Below are positions 46,239-60,150 of a stretch of DNA of 64,000 bases, in pieces; within the stretch, counting starts at the first letter, position 1; each line of letters starts with the position of its first letter. The translations under genes were made by a program, and so were the position numbers. Origin of the DNA: Macrostomum lignano (taxonomy: Eukaryota); NCBI GenBank assembly GCA_002269645.1, contig NIVC01002606.1, positions 17,123 to 81,122 of the forward strand. The letters are read 5' to 3'. Below the pieces are notes generated by a model, which had not been told where the DNA came from, did no database searches, and saw nothing but the letters and a program-made list of their open reading frames with translations.

Positions 46239-49200
46239 TCCTTTATACTAAAAATGAAAATCTTGCTTGCTTGTAATCGATTAGAGAAAAAATGGCTTAA
46301 CCGATTTTCATGAGACTTGCACTGTTTGATCAGAAATTTTCCCGTGACGGTACATGCATCTTGGCTAAGAAATTGCTCCATGTTAAAGCGATTAAATATT
46401 CGAAAAACATGCTTTTTTGCAAAGGTCAAGCAAACTTTTCGACTTGAAATGCATTGTAAGAATGCTAGAGAAAAAAACTGACTGGTTGAATTCTGATTCT
46501 GAAATAGATTGCATCATAACTGAATTGTAACTCTGACTTGAATTGAAAATGCAGTGTGGAAGCGTAGCACCAGACTTGATTTAAATTGCGTAACCATATT
46601 GTTAACTGATACTGACTGACTGAGAAATTGATTATGTCATAACTGCCTCGTGTGATTTACTCCATGCTTGGAGTTTTGAAACTTATAATTATAAGTGCTA
46701 AAATTCATGTTATCAAAACGATGAGAGCTAGCCTAGAGGTAAACAGACTGACTGCTAAATGCAGGGACGATGGTTCAAATTTTGAGAGAGTGGAATTTTT
46801 TTAATTAAAGCTTTTTAACACCAAGAAGAAAACTAAAAAATCATAGAAGCGTCATGTAAAAAATCATAGAAGCGTCATGTAAAAAATCATGGAAGCGTCA
46901 TGAAAAAATCATAGGAGCGTCATGAAAAAATCATAGAAGCGTCCTGCAGAAATCGTAGAAGCATCATGTAAAAATCATAGAAGCGTCATGTAAAAAATCA
47001 TAGAAGCGTCATGTAAAAAATCATAGAAGCGTCCTGCAGAAATCGTAGAAGCATCATGTAAAAATCATAGAAGCGTCATGTAAAAAATCGTGGAAGCGTC
47101 ATGAAAGTATCATAGAAGCGTCATGTAAAAAATCATAGAAGCGTCATGAAAATATCATAGAAGCGTCATGTAAAAAATCATAGAAGCGTCATGTAAACAA
47201 TCATAGAAGCGTCATGTAAAAAATCGTAGAAGCGTCATGTAAACAATCATAGAAGCGTCATGTAAAAAATCATAGAAGCGTCATGTAAACAATCATAGAA
47301 GCGTCATGTAAAAAATCATAGAAGCGTCATGTAAAAAATCAGGGAAGCGTCATGCAAAAAATCATGGAAGCGTCATGAAAAAATCATAGGAGCGTCATGA
47401 AAAAATCATAGAAGCGTCCTGCAGAAATCGTAGAAGCATCATGTAAAAATCATAGAAGCGTCATGTAAAAATCATAGAAGCGTCATGTAAAAAATCGTGA
47501 AAGCGTCATGAAAGTATCATAGAAGCGTCATGTAAAAAATCATAGAAGCGTCATGAAAATATCATAGAAGCGTCATGTAAAAAATCATAGAAGCGTCATG
47601 TAAACAATCATAGAAGCGTCATGTAAACAATCATAGAAGCGTCATGTAAAAAATCATAGAAGCGTCATGTAAAAAATCATAGAAGCGTCATGTAAACAAT
47701 CATAGAAGCGTCATGTAAAAAATCATAGAAGCGTCATGTAAACAATCATAGAAGCGTCATGTAAAAAATCATAGAAGCGTCATGTAAAAAATCAGGGAAG
47801 CGTCATGCAAAAAATCATAGAAGTGTCATGTAAAAAATCATGGAAGCGTCATGTAAAAATCATAGAAGCGTCATGAAAAAATCATAGAAGTGTCATGTAA
47901 AAAATCATGGAAGCGTCATGTAAAAAATCATAGAAGCGTCATGTAAAAAATCATAGAAGCGTCATGAAAAAATCATAGAAGCGTCATGAAAAAAACATAG
48001 GAGCGTCATGAAAAAATCATAGAAGCGTCATGTAAAAATCATAGAAGCGTCATGTAAACAATCATAGAAGCGTCCTGCAGATATCGTAGAAGCGTCATGA
48101 AATAATCATAGAAGCGTCATGTAAAAAGCATAGAAGCGTCATGTAAAAAATCATGGAAGCGTCATGTAAAAATCATAGTAGCGTCATGTAAAAATCATAG
48201 AAGCGTCATGAAAAAATCATAGAAGCGTCATGAAAAAAACATAGGAGCGTCATGAAAAAATCATAGAAACGTCATGTAAACAATCATAGAAGCGTCATGT
48301 AAAAATCATAGAATCGTCATATAAAAAGCATAGAAGCGTCATGTAAACAATCATAGAAGCGTCATATAAAAAGCATAGAAGCGTCATATAAACAATCACA
48401 GAAGCGTCATGAAAAAATCATGGAAGCGTCATGCAAAAAATCATAGAAGTGTCATGTAAAAAATCATGGAAGCGTCATGTAAAAATCATAGAAGCGTCAT
48501 GTAAACAAGCATAGAAGCGTCATGTAAACAAGCATAGAAGCGTCATGTAAAAAATCATAAAAGCGTCATGTAAAAAATCATAAAAGCGTCATTTAAAAAA
48601 TCATAGTTGCGTCATGTAAAAATCATAGAAGCGTCATGCAAACAATAATAGAAGCGTCATGGTAAAATCATAGAAGCGTCATGCAAACAATCATAGAAGC
48701 CTCATATAAAAACTAATGAAAGTGTCATTTAAAAAAATTAAGAAGAATAATGGAAGAATAAAAGAAGCGTCATGTAAAAATCAAAAGAAGCGCCATGTCA
48801 GACATTAAAGGTGTCATATAAAAATTAAATGAAGCTATAGTACAGTGCTGTGCTGGGGAGAATTACTGAGACGTCAAGGCTCACAGAGAATAACTGAGAT
48901 TACAGGTGGGGGGGTTTCTGAGATGTCAAAGCAAAAGTCAGAAGCTACTTCAAAGTTCATGTACTTTACTCAATTTTTATTACATTCATTGTTGGCTCGC
49001 CACAGGGGGGGCGCTGATAGAAGCAGAGTCATGTAAAAAATAAAAGTAGCACTATGTATACATATAAGAAAAGTCATGTCGAAGTTAAAAGATTCATTTG
49101 GGAATTGCTACAATGTCAAAGCTTGGTGGAAATCGTTATAGTGCTGTGATTCTTAAAGAAGGAAACACTAAAATGTCAAGGCTTAGGGGAGAAGAATTGC

Positions 49201-50314
49201 TGAGATTTCAAGGCTTTAGGTTGGGTTAAAGTTAGGTTTAGGTCAGGTGTGGGTTGAGGGTTATATTTTATCGGGTTTCAAGGTTAACAGGGGATTTTTT
49301 TAGATTTCAAGATTTATGGGGGCATCGCTGACATGTCAAGGCTTACGGGGGAATAGCTGAGATGTGAAGGCTCACGGGGGTATAAATGAGATTTCAAGGC
49401 TAAAGTCAGAAGCTACATGTAGTTTAATGAAAACTTTTTATTACATTTTTTGTTGGCTCCTCAGGGCTCACTGATAGAAAAAGCATAATGTAAAAAATAA
49501 AAGAAGCTTCATGTCGAAGCGAAGAGATTCATTTGGGAATCCCTACGAGGGAATCGCTATAACGCTGTAGTAGTGCTATAATGACTCAGAATTACTGAAA
49601 TTTCAATGCTTTAGGGTTAGGTTAGTGTTAGGGTTAGGGTTAGGCTAGGGTTAGGGTTAGGGTTAGGCTAGGGTTAGGGTAAGAAGGTTGACAGATTTTT
49701 TTAGACTTCAAGGCTTATTTGGGGCATCGCTGAGATGTCAAGGGGGGAGTTGATTTGTTAAAGCTTGTGGGGGGAATTACTGACATTTCAAGGCTTACAA
49801 GGGACTTCTGAGGTATATTGCAAAGAGATGCTACATGTAGTTTATTACAAAACTTGTACTGTATTTTTGGCTCCCTAACGCTAAGATACTAAGCTAAAAA
49901 ATACTACTAGCTCTTCACAAACTTATGCAGATGTCAGGCTGTAGGGTTAGTGTTAGGGTTGGTATTAGGGTTTAGGTTTAGGGTTAGGTTCAGGGTTATT
50001 GCGTTAAGATTCGGGTTAGGGTTAGGGTTAGGGTAGCTTATAACTTAACTCATTTAGCTTATTAAAAATGTTTATCATGGAAGCATCATGCAAAAATAAT
50101 GGAAGCGTTATGCAAAAACAATGGAAGCGTCATGCCAAAAATCATAGAAGCATCGATCATGCAAAAACTCATGGACAAAATATTGAATTTAGGGTTTTGG
50201 TTAGGGTTAGAATTTTGACAGGAGATTTTTTAAGATTTCAAGGCTACATGTAGCTTATTAAAAATACGTGTATTGCATTTCTTTGGCTCCCCAACGGGGG
50301 GCGTAGATTGCTAG
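46239..50314 (+). mobile_element. Satellite-bearing non-autonomous Helitron (type 2, copy 2)
   Basis: 5' TCCTTTATACTAAAAATG; same internal order as copy 1; hairpin and CTAG at 50311-50314. Confidence 0.85.
46835..48800. repeat. 23-bp satellite (~85 copies) inside a Helitron
   Basis: Same unit as 41715-44745, more heterogeneous. Confidence 0.97.
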
Positions 50315-51738
50315 TCCTATATACTAAAAATGAAATGTCTGTAACTAACTAGCTATGCGATAGATTTCAGAAAAATTGGCTCAACCGATTTTCTTCAAAC
50401 TTGCACCATTCGATCAGAAATTTTCCATGGACGGTACATGCATCTTGGCTAAGAAATTGCTCAATGTTAAAGGGATTAAATATTCGAAAAACATGCTTTT
50501 TTGCAAAGGTCAAGCAGCTCTTTCGACCTGGAATGCATTGTATGAGTTGTAAGAATGCTAGAGAAAAAACCTACTGGCTGAATTCCGATTGTGATAAAGA
50601 TTGCATCACAACTGAATTGTAACTCCGACTTGAATTGCGTCACAGTGTTGAAAACACTCTGTGGAAACATAGCACGAGACTTGATTTAGACTGCGTAACC
50701 ATATTGTTAACTTTAATTAGAACTGATACTGACCGATTGAAAAATTGATTATGTCATAACTCTCATAACTGCTTCGTGTTCATCTCTGCTTCGTGCTCAT
50801 CTCGATCGCGTTAAACATACGAGTAAAAGAAGCGTTATGTAAAACGCTTAGTGGGGGAATTGCTGAGATGTCGATGCTTACTCCAGAACCAAGAACCAAA
50901 TGTTTCATTTCAAGCATAAGTAGCTCATGTAAAGCATAGAATATAAACGAATATTCCATAACACATGCCTTTCTGCAAGGGTCAACAGAACTTTCTACTG
51001 CGAGCCATTCTGACTGGAATTAAACTAGGCAGCGTCAGTAAATTAGTATTTTTTGTCGCCACTCTAGAGAATTATAAATGTACACTGCGAGAAGAGATGT
51101 GTATTATAAAATGTTCACGTGCACAATTAACAAACTAACTTTAAAAGCTGGAAATAGGGAGAGTGAGAGAGTGAAACACATACGAGCGTACGAGTATATT
51201 TAATCGATTCACATCGCAAGCTAAAGCTAAAGAAACCTGAGTTGCCTTTTCATATGCGATATTCAAGACCCCAATCTATAGGCTAAAGTACGTTTTAGTA
51301 AGACCGTCGTATCATAAAAAGTGCATACCATCCATCGATAAATAGAATTATTATTAAATGCCACAGAGATGTACATTGGCTACTGAGATTTGCGCCTCCT
51401 TCAGAAAATTTATCTCAATCCTTTAACATGGGAGAGTTAGCCTTAGGCTTAAAAATTCATTACAGTACTGGGCCAAGGTGTTTTAGAGAGAATATTAAAT
51501 AGTAAAAAGTCCTGACCAATTAGCAGGCGGGTGTTGGAGACAGAATTTAGGCTTGCTGTACACACTGACAGTCTGACGACAGTGTACAAATGGTGTCCAG
51601 CTTTTTGGGGTTGTGTGGTTGATGAGTTTAAAACGCGTGACATGATAGATTTCATACCATACTCTTTTCTCGCACACAACCCCCATACTATTTTTTCATT
51701 ATCACTCAAAATTCTTATTTTTCAATTCGAATTCCAAT

Positions 51739-54700
51739 ATGGCTCGACGTGGCACCAGCGCATTGAAGAAGAGCAGAGATGCCAAGAAGAAGCGTCAGCA
51801 AGAGAGTGCCGTTCAGCGAGAAGAGCGCCTGATGAGACTCCGACAGCAGGAGGCTGAGCGAAGAGCAAGTGAAACCGATGCTCAGCGAGAAGAGCGCCTG
51901 ACGAGACTCCGACAGCAGGAGGCTGAGCAAAGAGCAAGTGAAACCGATGCTCAGCGAGAAGAGCGCCTGACGAGACTCCGACAGCAGGAGGCTGAGCAAA
52001 GAGCAAGTGAAACCGATGCTCAGCGAGAAGAGCGCCTGACGAGACTCCGACAGGAGAATGCTGAGCAAAGAGCAACTGAAACAGACGCTCAGCGTGAAGA
52101 GCGTAGATCTGCAGACAGAATTCGTGCAGAGAAGCGACGCGCTTCAGAAACCGAAGATGAACGAAGAGCTCGAATCGAAGCCGAACAAATTCGCCGTCGA
52201 GGAGTGTCGGTTAGCAGGTAGGATGACGTTTTAATCTGAGCTATTATATATTTCTGTGATCATTCTTAACACACTGTGACCGTTAAATGATAATAATCAA
52301 TGTGCCCGTTGTGTTCATGTTTATTCTTTTATGGGTATTTTGTATTGTAGTTGTTGTTTAATTGGTACATAGGCTTATACTGAAAAACTAGAGCCCATTT
52401 CTAAGTCTTTTAACGCAATTTTTCTCATATTTTTGAGATAGGCTTCCAGGAATTATACATATGAGATAAGTATTTTAGATAGAATCTACAATTAAAATAA
52501 ATTCGGTTTCTAATAATATTAAGTTTTGAAGCCTGTTTCTAAGAATATTATATGTGTGAGTCGGCTTCGAAGAATCTTAAATCTATGAGATAGGTATTTA
52601 ATATAACAATATTAATTTATGAGAATCGGTTAAGCATTTTTTACTGATGAAAATGGTTTTCGAAGAATCTTTGTTTATAATGCAATTACATTTTAGACTG
52701 GTTTGTAAGAATGTAGAATGGCATAAAAATATTCTTCACTATTCTAAGAACCGCCAAATGAAGTTGTGTATAATCCAAATATACTAAATCTTTATTTCCT
52801 CTATTCCAGGTTTGATAGTAGTGAGTTGGCCACACCGTCTGTGGTACCTTTTGATGCGTTGCGCATAATTCGAATTCCTGGTGATGGGAACTGTTTTTTT
52901 CATGCAGTCTGTGACCAGTTGCAGGGCACTCCACTTGAGACCGATGCAGCATCTTTAAGACACGAGCTGACGAGCCGTGTAGTGCAGATTATGCCAGAAT
53001 TGATTGAACAAGGCTTTGTTTTGCCAGAAAATGCTGATTTCATTGTTGATTCATCTTTTTCTGAAGGCACATATGTGCCTGATGAAGTTGTTCCGCTTTT
53101 AAGCCGTTGTTTTAATGTTGATCTGGTAATTTATCAAGAAAATGGCAGTGTATTGCAGTACTGTATGTCCCCTTTGCAGCCACCGATTGCAATCGTCCGA
53201 ATTCTTTTGCGTCATGAGCATTATGAGTCATTGCGATTTGCTAATCCGATTTCAGTTTCTGAGCCCATTGCAGATGCAGAGGAGCCAAGATTAACTCAGC
53301 AGAGTGCAGGTCATTTTGGCGCAAGACCTGCTCAAGAGAGGTAGGTCATTGGTGTGACTGGTCATCATAATTTATTTGTCATCGAAATCAAGTTTTAAGT
53401 TTTATTCTAATATTTTTTTGTAAAATGAAAGATTAACCGGGAAAACTATTTGCCATTAATCCTTCCTAATCCTAATCCTTCCAATCACAGGCCAGAACGG
53501 ATTATCAGGCCTGAAGCGCCAGCCCATAACTGTGGCCCAATGGACAGAGCATGCGACCAATGCGGTGCATTACTTTGGTGCTCTGAGACGAGGAATTTCT
53601 GCTGCGCCAAAGGCAAGGTAAAGCTACCCAGCCGCACCGTGCCTCAAGTGCTGGCGGATCTGTACATGGGGCAGCACAGAATGAGTGCTGAGTTCCTGAC
53701 CAACATTAGAAGTTACAACTCGGCGCTGCACCTGACATCGCTGGGTGCCAAACTGCGGTTGGTGCCAGGCTGGTGTCCCAGCTTCATCATCAGCGGCCAG
53801 TTGCATCACAACACGGCGTCGCTGTTTGCAGAAGATTCAGCTGAGCCCCATGGCTGGCAAGTGTATTTCAATGATCGCGAACTTGAAAGCCGCCAGAGTC
53901 TCAGCCAGAAGGTGAAGCCGGAGCTACTGGAGCTGCTGCAGACGCTGCTTCACGAGTGTAACGGCTATGTCCGCAGCCTGAGGGCAGTCGCTCATCGAAT
54001 CAGTCAAGATCCGGAGTTGGGAGATGCGCGAATCGTGATTCACCCTGACCGTCGACCATCTGGGGAACACATTCGGTATGTCTGCAAGACACTTTAATAA
54101 CATATTTTGCGTAATAAAGTATCTAATTATCCAATTTGTACAGACTCTGTATCCCACAAAATCCGTTTGAAATCAGGCGCTACAACTTGCCTACGGCGAA
54201 CGAGGTCGGTATCCTGATCGTTGAGGACAATGAGAACACACCGGCCAGTCGGGACGTCGTGATTCAGCTGCGTGGAGGCGGTTCCCAGCGAATCAGTGAG
54301 ACGCACCGCTCATACGACCCGCTGGAGTATGTGCTGCTGTTCCCGAATGGCGAAGATGGCTGGCACCCGGAGTTGCTGATGAGTAATGGCAAGAAATTAA
54401 CGCCCATGAAATACTATGCGAGCGAAATCATGGTGCGAGCGGGCCAGTTCAGTGTGCTGCACTATGGCCGAAGATTATTTCAGCAGTACTTGGTGGACAT
54501 GTGTGCCAAGATTGAGGCAGAGAGGCTGCTGTATTTGCGGACCCATCAGCAGGACCTGCGCAGCGAGACGTATAGCGGTCTGCGGGACGCTTTGTTTGCG
54601 GCTGATGGCAGGTCTACCGACAGAGATCCGAGTGACATAGGCAAGCCCGCGCATGTGCTTCTGTCTTCGAGCTTCGTTGGCGGGCCAAGGTACCTGATGG

Positions 54701-57700
54701 AGAGGCTACAGGACGCTATGACCTATGTTCACAAGTTCGGTAAGCCGGACCTGTTTGTCACCGCAACGTGCAATCCGAAATGGCCGGAGATCAGCGCTCA
54801 GCTGCTGCCTGGACAGCGGGCAGAAGACCGGCCGGACATTGTTAGCCGAGTCTTTGAAATGAAGAGGAAAGCTCTTCTGGCCCAGTTGACCAAGCGCTAT
54901 GGGAAAGAGGCCGCTCACGTTTGCTCACTGGAGTACCAGAAGCGTGGTGAGTAAAAATTCTGACTTGCAAGAATCAAAGTTTTATGATTTATTAAAATTT
55001 AGATTTACAAAGGTTTTGTGATATTTTTTAATACTTTTTTGACGCTCCAGGTCTTCCCCATGTGCACTTTCTGCTGTGGCTCGTGAGCGGTCAGCGAGTG
55101 ACTCCGGACCGATACGATGACATCGTGTCTGCCGAGATTCCGGACCCAGAGCAGCAGCCTGTGCTGTATGAGCTGGTGAAGACGCACATGATCCATGGCC
55201 CCTGCGGCAAGGAGAATCCGGCGTGTCCTTGCATGGAGAATGGCGAATGCAGCAAGGGCTTTCCGAAAGAGTTCCAGCAGGTGACGCTGACCAGCGATAC
55301 TGGCTACCCACTGTACCGCAGACTGTCGCCTGAGATGGGCGGATTTACAGTGGACAAACTCTTCAAAGGCCGGAGCATTCGCATGGACAACAGGGAAGTT
55401 CAAACGCTAATATATTGCTTAGTTGTGCATTGCAGCTTTTGTTTCTGAAAGTTAATGATATTATTTTTTCATTAAAACAGGTGGGTCGTTCCGTACAGCC
55501 CTGACCTGTTGCTCCAGTTTGCGTGCCACTTGAACGTCGAAGTTTGCGCCACTGTGAAGTCGGTCAAGTACGTGATCAAGTACCTGTTAAAGGGTGGCGA
55601 CATGGCGACGTTCAAAGTCGATGCCAATAGGAATTCTACTGAACCGAGAGAGCAGGCAGTGGGTGACCAGCAGCCGACGCAAACGACAGGAAATAAGCCG
55701 CGTGATGAGATTAAGGAGTACCTGTCCGCGCGCTACATTGGTCCAATGGAAGCCGTGAATACCATCTTGGGCTTTGAAGTAATTCGCATTCTAATTATTA
55801 TTGGCTCATTTTAACCAGAGCTGTGAACACCTCGTCATAGTATAAATTGAATTTCATCGAAACTTGAAGGCTGTATATTTTCCTTCCACTTTCTGATCAG
55901 GTGCACAACAGGTTTCCGGCGGTCATCCGACTCTGCGTTCACAAGTCGGAAGAGCAGCTCGTGTATTTCAACGAGGGGACCGCAAGAGCAAAAGCGAGAA
56001 CGCCGAAGGATTCGACGTTGACGGCATTTTTCAAGCTGTGCCGTATTGACGAATTTGCTGGGTCCTTGCTCTACACGGAGGTGCCGTCCTACTTTGTGTG
56101 GCACTCCAGCGAAAGAGAGTGGCGGCGGGCCAAGCAGGGTGTGCGAGTCGATGGCCATCCGGGTGTAGTGCGGAACAAAAACGTTGCACGCATGTACACG
56201 GTGAGTCCAAGAGCAGGTGATTTATTTTATGTTCGAATGCTCCTTTTGAATGTTAGGGGACCGACTAGCTTCGAGGCGCTGCAGACCGTGGACGGCGTTG
56301 TGCATCCGAGCGCCAAGGCTGCTTGCATGGCCCTTGGCCTGCTGCAGCGAGATGATCACTGGCGGCGGTGTCTAGCTGAGGCCGTTCAGTCAAGAATGCC
56401 AAGAGCCCTGAGACATCTTCTGGCCGTAATTCTCATATGGGGTGAGCCTGAGGATGGCAGCGACCTCTGGTGCAGTTTTGCCGAGGATCTCAGCGAGGAC
56501 CTGCGGTTTCACCACCGAGACTTGAGCACCGAGGAGATTACTGACCTGGCGCTGCGTGAGCTTCAGAGCATGCTGATCTCCATGGGCGGGAGAAGCCTGC
56601 CAGAGTACGGCCTGCCTGCGGCCTCCGTGATACCTCAAGATGGACCAATGCAGTTTGATACGGTTGAGCAGGCACTGATTACTGAGGCGCGCTTACCAAT
56701 GCTGACAGATGAGCAGAAAGCGGTGTACGAGTCCGTGACTCAGAATCTTGTGGACGGCACCAGCGGCTTGCACTTCCTGGACGCACCTGCTGGCACTGGC
56801 AAGACCTTCCTGCTAGAGGTTCTGCTAGCCTTCGTGCGCAGCCGGGGTGAAGTCGCCCTCGCCGTTGCGGCTTCTGGAATCGCAGCGACTCTTTTGCCAG
56901 GTGGACAGACGGCGCATTCAACGTGAGTAATTTATTGTCAATATTTCAAAAAGCAGTTGTAAATATTTCGTGTGCTGTAAATATGTTCGGCATGGTAAAC
57001 TATTTGTCTATGCCAGGTTCAAGATACCAATTCGGGCGATCCGTTCGAGCAAAGACGTGTGCGCTGTTGGAGCGCAGTCCAAACAGGCCGCTGTATTTCG
57101 GACAGTGCGTCTAATTGTCTGGGACGAGATTTCTATGACAAACTGGAAGGATTTGGAGGCCGTTGACCGGTGCTTGCGAGACGTGCGGAAGCAGGACGTG
57201 CCATTCGGCGGAGTGGTTTTCGTTTGCGCTGGGGACTTTCGCCAGCTGCTGCCCGTTGTGGTGCACGGGACTCGAGCCAACAGCGTCATGGCGTGTGTCA
57301 GCAGATCCCCACTGTGGAAATTTTTCCGGCGGCATCGCCTTACAAGAAACATCCGATTGCTGAGCAGTTCCGATTCTGCAACGTATTTGAGATACACCGA
57401 GCTACTCAAGCAGGTAAGTTTGTTTTCATCAGTTTATTAATTAGAAGACTTAAGGATATTCGGTTTCTTTCGTGTTGAGAGCTCCATTTTTTAAATTGTG
57501 GCTTATTCAAGAATGCCTAGCTCAAAGTCTGTCTAGCGTTTTAAATATTTGCCTTTTAACTCCCCAGATCGGATCCGGAACAATTGAGCAGGATGCAGAG
57601 GAGAAAGTGTCTCTTCCTGCTGAGATCATCATTTCTGCGGAGGCGCCGCTCAATGATCTGATAAATTTTGTGTACCCATCGTTTGAGGCGTCAGTGGAGA

Positions 57701-58332
57701 GGGACGGCTACTTTGCAAGCCGAGCGATCCTGGCGCCGTACAATGACTCAGTGGATGCCATCAACGAGACGTGCCTGGGCATGTTCCCCGGCAGCCTGCG
57801 GGAGTACCGCTCAATAGACAGTGTGGCCGATGAGGATGCCGCTACGCACTTCCCGCCTGAGTTGCTCAACCAGCTGGATGCCCCGAACTTTCCGATTCAC
57901 TTGCTGAGGCTAAAAGTGGGTATGCCAGTAGTTCTTCTCAGGAACATCAACCCGCCACGATTGTGCAATGGTACGCGGCTAATCATACTCGCAATGGGCG
58001 AGAACGTGCTTAGATGCAAGATTGCCGCCGGCCAGTTCACGGGAGACGAGATTCTTCTGCCGCGAATCCCGCTGATTCCTAGCAATGCGGACCTCCCCGT
58101 CAGTTTTAAGCGGCTGCAGTTCCCTGTGAAGCCGAGTTTCTGCCTGACGATTCACAAGTCGCAGGGACAGTCTCTGGACACAGTTGGCATTGACCTGTCA
58201 GTCGGTTGCTTCACGCATGGCCAGCTGTACACGGCGCTGTCACGAGCAAAGAACGCGGCAAATGTTCGCGTCCGGATTCCGGGAACAAGGACCAGAAACG
58301 TTGTGTTTCCAGAAGTTCTCACTGAAGACTAA
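51739..58332 (+). CDS. Helitron RepHel transposase (charged repeats, OTU protease, Zn finger, HUH Rep, PIF1 helicase), 9 exons, about 1729 aa
   Basis: Exons 51739-52217, 52810-53340, 53491-54075, 54177-54946, 55051-55393, 55481-55778, 55901-56922, 57017-57413, 57568-58332; all phases match (5190 nt). Motifs: GDGNCFF..HY (OTU), CxxC..CC, LFVTATCNPKW, EYQKRGLPHVH (HUH), YVIKYLLK, DAPAGTGKT, WDEISM, TIHKSQGQ, HGQLYTALSR. The donor of intron 5 reads GG. Confidence 0.93.
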
Positions 58333-59544
58333 TTTATTTATCGTAAAAAATGAGGGGTGAGCAATAATTTTCCTTATGCAAAAGGCTAGAAAGTATATTC
58401 ATTTATTTTTAAGGAAAAATAGAATAATTATTTCCCATATCTCTTAAGTAATAGCTCTCATTCTCTAAAGCAATAGCTGTCAATAGCTCTCATTCCTAAA
58501 AGAATCGCAGGAAATTTATTGCCCCAACCTCATTTCTAACGAAGCGTAGATATTGCATGGCAGTGAGTACGAGCTAATAGCTGATGAACTTAATGTTGAA
58601 GCTCAATTAGGCTTATTTTATTCATTGTATTAATTTTTACAGTCATTTTACAGTTAATTTGTACTTTAAGGCAATTTCATATTAGCCGAAAGTAACTTTT
58701 GAAACAAACCTTCTTTTGCACTGCTTTGAATGAATTAAGTCTTTGATGAGCAGTTAATTTGTCTTTTATTTTTCACCTGAAATTTCATTATAATTCGAAT
58801 ACTAACTTTACCTATTTTATATCGCAAATTTATGCAAAAGACGAAACAATTTTGTTTTTAAATTTTAGTTTTCCAAGGTGTGCAAAAACTTAACATTTAG
58901 AGTGAATTTTTACGCAAACTACGATTGACAGTCTTTTTTCAAAAATCCAAAATATCTCAAGTCACCTGTAACAACTGTGGACTGTAAGCTCATAAAAAAC
59001 GATTTGCATCAACTTGCGACGGGGCCTTCGTCTTCCATATATTGAAAGTTGAATAATATACGAAACTCGCAAGATGTCAATTTTAACTAAGGCGAAGGCC
59101 CTGAATGAAGCTTTTGTCTTACTTCATTTCTTAATCTTTGGCGAAACAATAAATACGAATAGACTGAGGCAAAGCGCAAAGGCTAAGGAAATAGAGCCGA
59201 ACAGAAAATCTTAGCGCGAAAGAAAGAGACCAACAAAAATATGAGATCGAGAGATCTAACTTAAAATTAGAGTTAGATGGGATTATTGCTGAGAAAATAT
59301 TTTTCCAAAAGCTGAGTCAAGGAGTAATGCAAAATTGCAGAAAATGAAAATTGCAAACTTCAGAAAGGTCAAAGGATTCATTTAAGGCGCCGCCGTGGAA
59401 TTTATGGTGGGGGAGACAAAGCCAAGAATTCTACATGTGCATTCCTACATTATTTTGAGAATCGGTTTTTTCAGCGCTTATTTTGGCGTAGCCGGCATTC
59501 ATCCCAGCGCCACAAACGCCACACATTTTAGCACCGCAAGCACT

Positions 59545-60150
59545 CATTTTGGCGTCGCCGGCAGACACTCATTTTGGCACCGCAGACACTCATTTTTGTA
59601 CCACAGAAACTCATTTTGGCACCGCAGACACTCATTTTGGTACCACAGAAACTCATTTTGGCACCGCAGACACTCGTTTTGGCGCCGCAGGCAGACACTT
59701 ATTTTGGCACCGCAGGCGGACACTCATTTTGGCACCACAGAAACTCATGTTGGCACCGCAGACACTCGTTTTGGCGCCGCAGGCAGACACTTATTTTGGC
59801 GCCTCAGACACTCATTTTTGCACCGCAGGAACTCATTTTAGCGCCGCAGGCACTCATTTTAGCGCCGCAGGCACTCATTTTGGCGCTGGCACTCATTTTA
59901 GCGCCGCAGGCACTCATTTTAGCGCCGCAGGCACTCATTTTAGCGCCGCAGGCACTCATTTTGGCGCTGGCACTCATTTTAGCGCCGCAGGCACTCATTT
60001 TAGCGCCGCAGGCACTCATTTAGGCGCCGCAGGCACTCATTTTAGCGCCGCAGGCACTCATTTTGGCGCTGGCACTCATTTTAGCGCCGCAGGCACTCGT
60101 TTAAGCGCTGGCACTACTTGTAGCGCCGCAGAAACTCATTTTGGTCCCGC
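59545..60150. repeat. About 21-bp minisatellite between RepHel and RPA
   Basis: GGCACCGCAGACACTCATTTT grading into AGCGCCGCAGGCACTCATTTT. Confidence 0.93.

Noticed and set aside
58381-58392. CTAG just after the RepHel stop as the element's 3' end
   Set aside because: No upstream hairpin and no similarity to the family terminator module.
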